From positions 8,866,001-8,930,000 of the forward strand of contig NC_092674.1 of the NCBI RefSeq assembly GCF_964355755.1: 64,000 nt of DNA, in the 5' to 3' direction. The DNA is from Antedon mediterranea. Lineage: Eukaryota > Animalia > Echinodermata. Under the pieces are notes generated by a model. That model had not been told where the DNA came from and searched no databases. It was given only the letters and a program-made list of their open reading frames with translations. This document shows, in pieces, positions 52,880 to 64,000 of the stretch (positions are counted from its first letter, which is position 1; the number at the start of each line of letters is the position of its first letter). Both the position numbers and the translations under genes were made by a program.

Positions 52880-53702
52880 GGCCCTGTTTCTGCTGCCAAC
52901 TAAATACCGTATATTATACGGTATTTTTTGAATACCGTATATATACGGTATATTTTTGGCAGCAGAAACTGCGCTCATAAAAAATATACCGTATTTTGTA
53001 TACCGTATTTTCCCCACAAAATTTGTGGATAAAATACGGTATTTACAAATTTATACCGTATTTTTTGTACCCGTTTCTGCTGCCAATAAAAAAAACCGTA
53101 TTTTTTTTTTTTACATGACAAAAGGTCAACATTTGTGTTTTTATTTTCTGTCTCTGTCAGCTGCTTTACACACGTGTATAGATATATTCGGAGAAAATGT
53201 AGAGCGAAGACGTCACAGTTTTACTAAATAAATGTGTGTGGGGAAGCTAAAATGTCTGGCCAACTAAAAGGTAATAAGGGACAACCACATTTATAAAGAC
53301 ATTTCTAAAAAAATAAAGCAGGAGTATGGAATAGACTTGTCTCCAAAGCAAGTAAACTCAAAGCTGAAGAGCCTGCGAAAGCAGTACAACATTGCAAAAT
53401 ACAATAACTCGGGGAGGGAACGAATTAATTGTCCCTATTACGATGTTTTCTGTACTCTCACAACATCTCTATCACAAGGGCTAGGCTGTTGAAAGTGAGA
53501 CGTAAAACTTCCTTTATTGCGACTTTTAATTATCGATCAAATAAATGAATGGCAATTTGGGTAAAAAAGATGAAATTTAACATGACCACCCAAGAAGTAT
53601 TGTTAGCAGAAACGGGGTAATAAAAAATACGGTATAAAAAATACCGTATTTTATACCGTATTTTTATACCGTATTTTGAGCAGTTGCAGCAGAAACAGGC
53701 CC
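52880..53702 (+). mobile_element. PIF/Harbinger deletion derivative retaining a Myb/SANT-like gene fragment
   Basis: TIRs GGCCCTGTTTCTGCTGC / GCAGCAGAAACAGGCCC, 3-bp TSD ATA, many ATACCGTA/TACGGTAT subterminal repeats; 53268-53445 reads KVIRDNHIYKDISKKIKQEYGIDLSPKQVNSKLKSLRKQYNIAKYNNSGRERINCPYYD. Confidence 0.88.
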
Positions 53703-56700
53703 ATAGACATTTTTTTTTAATAGACAGAAGATTAAACTATGTGAATATATTCTTCAGGGTACAGAAATTTACACATGTTATTTCTATGTAGATTAATGAT
53801 GTAAATGACTTTATAATTATACCCATTAGTCATTACATAAGAATATCTCTCATTACATAAGTGTTGGCTGTTAATTTCTCTTCATAAGGTCAAACAATTC
53901 ACCCTATTTATAGATACTTATAAGGCGTTAAATCAATATACTAAAACTAAAACTTCCTCACGCTTATTAAACTCAATCACCGATCAATGAAACAAAATAG
54001 CCTTCACATTCTAATAAATAAAATGAAGTTGAATAGATGTAGGGTTAAGCACACACACTTATAAAATGCTTGAACTTAGATAACTTAATAAGCACCAATG
54101 ATATTTTTCAAGAGAAATCACTAATTTGGAACAAAAAAAGTTTGAGAAGGTTTGAGTTTGTACCGTAATTATTATGAAATGTGTTTTTAGTTTGGTTTTT
54201 ACGAAATAATTAAACTAAAGAATTAAGACTTCATTATGTGATTGGTGAAAAGAAAAATGAATTTAATAAAATTAGGAAAGACAACAAGTGTGGATAAAGT
54301 AAAGAGACAATGGAAGGCAATACCTAAAAGATATATTTATTGATTAATATTGTTTATTATAAATTAAAATATTTACTCGATAATTACTATTGATAGAAAC
54401 TTATATTGATGAGGAACATAGACCTCCTTTATATAAATGTTAGAAAAAGAAAAAAGGAAAAAAATAAATAATTATTTAACTTGATTGCAACTCTAATGTG
54501 GTTCCATTACATCAGGTATATGCAGATATGGGTACTCTAGTCTTATCAAATTTTTCCGAATTAAAGTAAATGCACTGTAGGATACATATTTCCCCTACAA
54601 TAACTGATAGTGTCAGAGTTGTATAATGTTTTTTTTTTTTAATTCCTTTTGAATGTTAATGAATGTAATATATTATTTATATTGGCCAAACCTTTTAGGC
54701 GTTAGAAACACAAAATGAAACTGTGTATATGATTTTTTAGGCTTCATCCACAATAGCCAGCAATTGTTTCAACATTTCAACCTGACATTGTACTATTGCA
54801 ATTAGTTAAAATGTTCTACTTCTGTGACCCTATTTAACTACAGTTACAGAAGATTTTCAGTGACATGCGCTACATCAAATGCCAACCATATATACATACC
54901 ATAAACAGCATACACAACAACTGTAAATAAGTAATCACTCTCCTACTTAGCCATACGACATCATTTACTAACAACTGTTTGATGATAATTTAATTTGGAA
55001 AGAAAGAATACATAGGGATTCTAATTTCAACCGACAAGGAACAGTGATAAAGGATAATATTTACATCTCACTGATTAACTTAAGTCTCGCGCATCTGGCG
55101 AGAAACTCACGCCACACACCTGAAATCTTGCAGTATTTCACCAATTCCAATGCCTGCTTGCGTACATTTCATACATCACATGTCATAAAATTAGACCAGT
55201 TTATACCACAAGTTCTGTTTGTCCGTATGAAATTTTGAAACAATATTTTTTAAATAAAATATAATTAATAGATAAAATTAACTGTTATTGCTTATCTATT
55301 AATATTATAATAAATAATAAAAACATCTCTAATGCTATATGATATGCTATCTATCGAAAATAAATCAAAACATCTGACGTATCCCATTGAGCAACAAGGA
55401 AAATGAAGCCTGGAGGTAAGCAGATGAGTAGAGGGTGGTCAAATGTCCGAGGACAGGTGCTTTACACAGGTAATTGAATAATTATGCTCATTAAAAATCT
55501 TGTTGATGGTCATCTGATGAAATAACGAGTTAAAACTTAAAGCGAATTTTTGGAATCAAGAAGATTGAATCGTCAGAAACCTGTCAAAAGGTGTCTGCTT
55601 TTTTAAAATTTGACAGGTCTGAAGTAGAACAACTTTGATATGATCCCTTATATAATTTTAAAAAGGAAATATGAAAATGAATGTGTTTTTGAAATTGAGA
55701 AAGTATACACTACTGTCATTAGGGAATGACATATCATAAGATGATCTTTCACATCGAAAACATCAAAATATTAGTTGCACTATACACAACGATGTTTACT
55801 GTTAAATATCTAAAGCCTGTTTTTCATTAGCGATTATATATTCGCGCTAAATGGAAAATCCTGAAATATAATGCTCATTTTTCCACGTCACATGGAAAAC
55901 CGGCTTACAGAAACCAGCCACTATATTTTGACAAATCGATACAAAGGCAAGGAGACAACCAGATGGATTTCAAAGTTTGTTTGATGATGGTAATAGAAGG
56001 AGGCCATATGAAATGCTAGAAAGTAGTTCAGTTCTGAAAAGTATTCGTAAAGGTACATTGACCGCATGTTGGCAATAATAATTTTCAATGTATTGAAGCA
56101 CTGTTTAAATAACATTTTTGATTGAGTGCAAACTTCTCACATAAATGACAAATTTGTAGGCATTCTAATCAATTAAATGCTGCAGGAGTTGGTAGTCAGG
56201 ATTTTTACATTGGGGTCTTTTTCATCCCAAAAAAGGGTCACTATGAACAAGAGGAGCAAAGCAGGAAGGAGCATACTAAAATGGTACTATTGTTTTAATT
56301 TTATCAAATATGTTTTGATAGATTATGAATTGAAGTGAATTGTTTTTACGAAATAAGAATAAAGAACTAACTATCTGATTTAGTGCAAACTTCTTGCCTA
56401 AATGATAAACAGATTTGTAAACGTAGGTTTTTAAAAGTTGTGGACAAGTCAGTAGCCATAATAAGGGAAGGCTCTTTTTCCTCTAAAAGGTGGCACTAAT
56501 GGACAGAGGAGGAAAGGGGATCAGGAAGCTACTGTGTGGCTACTATTATTTTAATTTTCATGAGATATAGGCCTATTTACTAGCACTTTTGCGAAGATCT
56601 CATAGTTTGAAAAGAGCACATTCGAATTCCATCTTTTGACTTGAATAACTTCATATTGTTTTTAGAGAAGAGATTTAAATCATAACACTATGTGAGCCTT

Positions 56701-58280
56701 TGACAGCCACCTGACTAGGAGTTGCTTGGAGCTTGTTTCCTCTCTCGCAACCACACCACTAGCTCCGGCCATGATTAGCTTGAATGGCTAATGGAGCCAT
56801 GCTTCAATAACTATTGATTGATAATTCATATGAAGAATCGGTTAATAGTTCTAGTTGCAATGCGATCAACAGGAATTCTGTATTGATTGAAATTAATGAG
56901 CAATGTAGTTAATCGAATCTAGTAAGAATGTTCTATAGTTATCTTCTGTAATATAGGACATAATTATTTGCTTCTTAGTTCATTATCACCGCTGGAATTT
57001 ATTTTTTAAGCAGAATTGTATATGCGCCCTTGAACATGATATTATGTTTGATAGACTGAGATCCAACTGTACGCGCGTAGATTATTTTGCATGAAAATAA
57101 ATGTATAGAGGGAGGAGATGGAGTCATACTTCGATGAAAGGCTTGCCTTATATTTCTGGGTAGGCTTATTACACCAGGGTACCTTAACCCAGGTTAAACT
57201 TATATGACATAGGCCTAAATGGTTATAAATCATGCTAGGCCTAAATGCAGCTATGGTAGGCCTAAACGCAAGTTTATACTTATATGCCATGGTAGGCTTA
57301 AACACAGAGGCTTATATGTCATGGTAGGCCCAAATGCAGTTTACGCTTATACGCCATGGTAGGCCTAAATATAGGTTATGCTTATACGTCATGTATAGCC
57401 GAATTCATCTAAAACGATTAACGACGAATTACGTAGCATGTTTAGACTGTTGAAAACCAGTTCTTAGAAATTTCTTAATAGGCAAATAATACAGGCAGAT
57501 TAAAGGCTAACATTACAGTGTTGCTAATTTAAAATAATCCAATCACATACAGTGTGTTTAGTATATATTTCAATGTTTGTATATTGTTTTCATGAAGTAA
57601 TTAACAATGAGTAAACAACCAAGATCGGAAAAGATAATGTTACAACAGGTATAATTCGTGTAGGAGGCATGTTACCACGTAATAGAAACAGCCAGCAGCA
57701 TTTATCAATGTACAGTATGAGAATGTAAAAAGAAATGTTCTGTTTTGGCGGACAATATCTTTTATATGTGATCAATTATTACTACATTTGTACTGCTAAA
57801 AAAGGTTCTACTTTTAGTTTGAAAACATCAGTTTTACAGTCATGTAGACAAACATCTTGGAAGTGAGAAGTACCTACTGTATTTGTAAGCATACAAAGAA
57901 TAGTATGGACCTACAATATTAAACGACTAGAGTGCAACAGATAATCTGCACATGCTCTGTACTGGCTCAATAGCAATGACAAAACATAACCAACACAGAG
58001 TGTATAAACTTACCACCCTACACAATGATCACAAGCCTTAATACTGGCTCAGTGTTTTGACAGTTTCACAATATCTGAAGCATCTAATTGTTTATGATTA
58101 TTTGCGATAGCATTAAACTTCAGTTTGAAAAGAACCTTAGAAAATCCATGGAGGTATAAAAATAGATTTTATACCTCCATAGAAAATCTAACCTCTGTAT
58201 TAATATTAAAGACTGGAGATATATTTAAATATAGCTGGGGGCTTGATAGCCAAAGGGGATAACAATACAAGATGGTCTAA

Positions 58281-58994
58281 GGGCCTGTTCGTAGGGGTTG
58301 AAAATACCAGCTTATTCCCGATTTCCGTTCGCGTGATCCAATTAACTTTTGCCTCAGGCTACAAAAAATTCGAGGTAAAATGTTCACCAAATTTGCAGGT
58401 TATTTCAGCGATAATCCAATTATACTCGGCCTTCGAGGATAATAAATCTCCGATAGAGGCAATGTGTCAAATTTTGACAAACGTTCGCTGCCTAGGCCCG
58501 TCATTTCTCCTACGAAGCTCTTCCATACACGCTTCGAGAGCGATCGTCAGCTGGTGCTGTCCTTGTTGGTGTAGACCGCTTAGTAGGCCTAGCTGGTCGG
58601 GGAGCCGCTGGTCGGTGGTGTTTCCGTCGTGTAACATTGGGCTCAAATTCTTCGTCAATGAGTAAAATAATGGTCGTCAGGAGAAGGCATATTTCGGCAG
58701 GATTATCGGCGTTAAGAGGCATAAGGTTTGTCGCAAGGATAAGCAGTGTAAAAGGTAGCAAGTAATTGTTATTGTAAAGAAAGATCGCGAGTAAAAAATA
58801 TACAACACGAAACTAGCGTGCGAAAATGGGGTCGTAGGTTGTAAAGACAACTGACCTTAAAACGTAATTTCCGGTTTGTGATTCGTCGATTAAGCATAAG
58901 CGGTTAAATATTTCAAGTACGAACAACGCTCAATTTATAACCCGAGGCATGGGTGAAATTAAGCGCTTATTTTAACCACCGTACGAACACGACC
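58281..58994. mobile_element. Harbinger-like element nested in an older TIR element (~58232-59070)
   Basis: TAA-GGGCCTGTTCGTAGGGGTTGAAAATA...TATTTTAACCACCGTACGAACACGACC-TAA; outer inverted pair GCTTGATAGCCAA / TTGGCTATCTAAGC. Confidence 0.72.
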
Positions 58995-59324
58995 TAACTT
59001 TTATCTATTGCATTTCAAAAATAATGAATAAGTTAATAAAAGGTCAGTTGGCTATCTAAGCTCCCGCTGATATTGAATTAAACATTTTAAGTTGTATTGG
59101 TAGTCTTTACACAACACATGCTGTCAATATAGTATATATAGTATAGTGTTAACCATCTGTTAACTAACATAGCCAGATGTAATATAAGTGTCACAGATGG
59201 TTGTCAATATTCGCACACACGCACGTTATATAATTGTTTCAAACAAAATGATCAGACTATTAGATTATCAAAACTCTGATGTGAACCATGAATTGTGTTG
59301 CTAGGTATTTTGTTAGTGACGCCA

Positions 59325-59640
59325 CTAAAGTGACAATAACCGCATAGTGTTCAATTTTTATCTAGATTTTTTTTTGTATGCCTGTAATTCTAGAAATTCA
59401 GTTGTACAGTTTAACTACAATCTTGTTAATATTAAGGTATAAACATTATTGTTAAAAAAAATGTATGAAACCTCAAATATTAGTCTCGCTTTGTGGCGTC
59501 ACCGACAATTTATCTATTACAATGCAATAAGTGTTCAATTTATATTTAAATTTTTTATTTTTATGCTTATAATTCTAGAAATTCAGTTGTACAATTTAAC
59601 TACAATCTTGTTAATATTAAGGTATAAACATTATTGTTAC
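59325..59640. repeat. Tandem duplication, ~185-bp period
   Basis: TAATTCTAGAAATTCAGTTGTACA.TTTAACTACAATCTTGTTAATATTAAGGTATAAACATTATTGTTA at ~59385 and ~59570. Confidence 0.85.
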
Positions 59641-62600
59641 AAAAAATGAATGAAACATAAATTTTGCATGTGTATAGGAAGTGTCTATTTTATGTGTCGC
59701 TTTGTGGCCCCACAGACTATTTATGCATCACAATGCAACCTCAGGCCCCTGGAAAAATCTGGTTTTAAACTATACTTTACAAAGTTAACAGGATATAATA
59801 TTAAAGAGAGACAGTATGGCCAATATAATATGAATGTTACATAGTTATCTATTAACATGCACATTTGTCACATTACCATAGCCTAATAATAATTGGAAAT
59901 AATAGTGTTTATGTGAAATATCATATCTCACAAAATTAATACATGCTCATAAAACTGCAATAACATGCCAGGATCCACTCAATATTTGACAACCAAATAG
60001 TATAATTTATGCTATTAATTGTAATTTTACTGTATAATGGTCAGTTTATTATTATTAATACAATTAAAAGCAATAATATAAAGAACAAGAATATAACAAT
60101 TATATTGATCAGTTATTACTAAAGAAGTATAATTTAAAAAATCCAAATATAGTTATATAAACTGATTTATAATGGCGAGACAATTTCAATATAATTACGA
60201 AATAGACGAAAATCTGTTGGTTGCTGTTTAGTGAATAATAACAAATCTAGGGCAGAAAGGAATAATATTTTTCTTAAATGTGATTAAGACAGACAATTCA
60301 GTTGAGATCCTTACATTTTATGGCCTGTCACTCTCATTTTCAATTGCTCTTTTATTTCATGGATTACTTTTATTTTTATGTGAAGTGCATAGAGGCGTTT
60401 CCATTATGCACTTAAAAGTCCAAATTTATTATTATTAATTATTAGATCTGCATTTGAAAATTCAGGAATGTTTCAGAATGAATTTGTTAATTTCTTCGTT
60501 AACCAATTTCAGAGAATCTTTGAAAGTTAATCGTATTTAATTAATGAATTGAAAGATATGGAACATGTACTCTGAATACTGAATTAAATGATGGTAAACA
60601 TGACCCCATTTTCTGGTATTAATAGTATACTAATAATACTGCTAAGTAATTGATGTGCTCCATTTGATTTAAATTGGTATTTCACATTAAGTCACAATAC
60701 GCATTCAAGTTGCGGTGATGTTGCTACAAAATTGATGAAAATGTGATGATATCACTGATAGGTGGCACAGATGTCTGTATAACATAATGAAATCCTGACA
60801 TTTTTATATGTTGGCATAGGACTATTATGTTATGATACATATAATAATATTATCATTTAATGAAAAACCTTTTAATAAGATTTATGTTGAAATGTTATTA
60901 CAACTTGCTAATGGGGACACATACAGGGTGATCACACTGATCTGTGGCCAATGTTGATGAACCACCATCATAAAATCGTATGGAATATGAGTTGTAAATA
61001 TCTTATATATGAGTTGCCACAACATTCCTACGAGATAGACATTAACGAACTGTATACGCAGAATACTATTGCAGACATTAAATATGAAAATACCAATATT
61101 GCCAGGCCAATTACCTTCTACGTTGTCGAGTTCCAAGATCAAATTCCAAATGCGAACACTTAACTGATATTAAAGTCAATTGGTAGGTCAATGTTTTCAT
61201 ACAAGACATAATCTACATAGGTTTAACATGCCAGAATATCACTAGCCAGAAAGTGTGATGACAGTTAATGGGGGGGGGGGGGGGGGAAACAACTAGATAA
61301 AACAAGCCTAGTCTAAAAATTTTATAAACCCAGAAACAAGTTTAAAATCTCAGTATCAAAAAGTTTCAAATACACATTTTGTTTATATTTATATAAAAGG
61401 TAAACACAAAAAGTTTGTTATCTATGCATGCCATGGTACAACATCTGATCAGTGGATTTACAACATACATTCAAGAACCAACTATATAACTGTATGATTG
61501 AAAACAATTTGAAACATTGTTTTCAACGCTTAAAATCCATTGAAAAAAAAACACCACAGAGTATAAGTATAGGCTGGCGACGTGGCTGCACCACGAAAAA
61601 ATGGTGGTGACATGCTTGTTCTGAGCCCTTGTTGTTGTAGGCTGTGATATATGTAAAGTCTGCTATTAGGATGACCGTGTGCGATTAGTATTTTTTGAAT
61701 AATCATAAATATATTATTTTGATCACGCTACAACAGATAGTGTTTTAGTCTCTCGAAGAAGACTGCTGTCTGGATATATGATTGAGTTCCATGAAATTGT
61801 TGTTAGAGTATAGAGTCACGTCCTCTTGGAATTTACGCTTTAATTTAGTCTAATGTACCATCAATTTTATTTCATTTGGGAAATTATTTTGAGTGTTCTG
61901 GAAAAATCTAAAAAATTAAAATCTGAGCAACACCTTTTTCTTGAAATTAATTTGATGCACTTGTCATCACCATGACAAGATCAAGGTTCGCAAATTAATT
62001 AATATTATCGGTTTTGTGATGGTGGGTCATACCATTCTAAAGATCATATTTCTCAAACTAACAATTCATTCATGAAATGAAGCTATTCTTAACAAAGATT
62101 GATCGCTGATATACGATTATAATTTATGCAAAATAAATTTATTATTAATTGTCATAATTTTGAAATCATTTAGCAGTAACTTATGTGATTAGATTTCAAG
62201 AGACGTTTCATGGTTGATACTTAACAGTTGTCTAGCATGCTAATTACTAATAAATATTAAATTAAAGAGTTTTATCAGCGAATAAAAAAAATTGTAATGT
62301 GTTACTGTTAGATTCTATATCTTATAATGATAATAGAAAATAACATTTAAATGATGATTTTGTTGATAAATATTTTAAAAATTTTAACATTTCCATTCTG
62401 TCCTTCAGAAAAACAATTAGAAATATTATTCTCATATTTGCCTAAATTTCTCAGATAACTTGTTATGCAATACGCAAATTCTTAATATGACATGCAATAG
62501 TGTAATGAACTAGATCAAAATGTTACAGATTTAATGTGATATCTTGAACAACTGTTTAGACTACCACATACAGTATAAATGGAATTTCTAGAACACCAGA

Positions 62601-64000
62601 AACATCAAATCAAATATTAAAGATGTATTGAAAAAATATTTTGTTTAATTTTTTTGTTGAATATGCCATTTTAATATCATATAATTGTTATCCACTTTGA
62701 CCCACTTTTTTTTTTGTAATTAATCTTCATTTTTCATGTTTTTGGAGGACAATACATCTTTAATATTACAACTAAAATTCTGTCTTAAAACTAGAATTTG
62801 TAAAGCTTGAAAAAGGTTCCACAGGGGCAGATACAGAATTTTTAAAATGGGGGATCAAGTGCTTATATAAATATTAATATTCCGTCAAAAATACTAGATC
62901 TCAAACAGTAATTTATAATTTTATTTCAGCTGTAAATTTCACTAAGCTGGAACAAATTTGTTTACTTTAATTTAAGCTATTTCTCAAATCCTGAATTATA
63001 AAAGATGATCGTTTACTGGCAAATAATTAAATCTAAAATAAAATTTTGATTAAGATACCTTAAAATAGATATCTTATTTATTTTCTCCATAGATACGCTA
63101 AATATTAAATAAAAAATATTGATTTATTTCATAATATTCTGTCTTTAATTACATGCGAGTCAATGCTACTACTATAATAATAAGAATATTAATATTATAT
63201 TGTAAATTGTAAAATTTTTTTCGAGGTTTAAATTTTGTAAGGATTTCTGCACAATTCTCTCTTCTGCCTAGAAAATTTTTAGAGATTTAACTGTGTATGC
63301 TTTCTTAATTTAAATGAATGTTTATAACAAACTTTGTTATCTGTTTATTCTGTATTTTGTTTAAATTTTATTTTTATATTTAACTTGTTATTGTTGTTTT
63401 ACACTGTTGGTTAACAATGACAGATACAGGATTTTTTTTTAATTGTGAGAGCTGATGGTCTAAAATTGTAAAATGTGTGCTGAAGTTTTAATGTCCTATC
63501 TTTTGCAATGCAATGTTCGAAATATAGAGGGTATAGGGGGCTGAATTGACCAGAAAATCACAGGAAAAATAGCAACATGCGATGTCAAGCTAGAATGCTA
63601 TATTTTTAGACCTCTCATAGCTAAGACCAATTCTTACAAGGAAACAACAACTTACAAATTAAAGAAAGAAAGTACAATTGGGACCTATCCCTGGATAAAA
63701 AAGACATTGTTATAGAAAAGGAAAGGAGAAACTTAATGCTGACAGGAAGGAACAAGTTCCATAAGGAACTGAAAAAATATCTCAACCCTGGAAAAGAACA
63801 AGAGAAATATAATCTACATGGGAAGATACTAAACTCTTTTGAAATAAGCAAAAGTAGGCATTAACACTCATGGACCGGGGATAAATACTGTCAGTTGTAA
63901 TCGGTCAATTCACTTGCATGTGGGGCATACGTTGTGTCCTAGTGGGAACCAAGCTTAAATCTTTACTGGAGGAAGATGCCAGAAGTGGGACATAAAAGTA

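Noticed and set aside
60882-61163. Overlapping 86-aa and 70-aa ORFs as a nested gene
   Set aside because: No recognisable domain or partner exons; the minus-strand donor near 61114 is not phase-compatible with CASK
52219-64000. Upstream CASK exons (CaMK domain, first L27 exon)
   Set aside because: No matching peptide with splice sites found by eye; they probably lie beyond the window, implying an intron over 11 kb

Overview
AT-rich, intron-rich metazoan genomic DNA. It looks like a marine invertebrate (abundant TAGGCCTA words are echinoderm-like), but the taxon is inference only. It is not prokaryotic: there are no operons, CRISPR arrays, rRNA or tRNA genes, and most ORF-track entries are exon fragments or repeat artefacts. 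I reconstructed two spliced minus-strand genes by hand from GT-AG boundaries and phase continuity. (1) The 3' part of CASK: 10 coding exons, 22222-52218, L27-PDZ-SH3-HOOK-GUK; no CaMK or first L27 exon was found in the window. (2) Directly downstream, a complete 25-exon, ~1043-aa uncharacterised protein with a coiled-coil-like N-terminus and WD40-like repeats (802-17316). The introns hold many non-autonomous transposons: two near-identical ~3.7-3.9 kb Sola3-like elements with different 4-bp TSDs that carry RFX X-box-like motifs; two MITE families whose internal motifs have expanded into 17-bp and 21-bp minisatellites; 30-34 bp TIR-only micro-elements with TSDs; Harbinger-, hAT-, Kolobok- and pogo-like MITEs; a Helentron-type element; and SINE and LINE relics. 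Candidate CASK microexons and a candidate internal CASK promoter are flagged.
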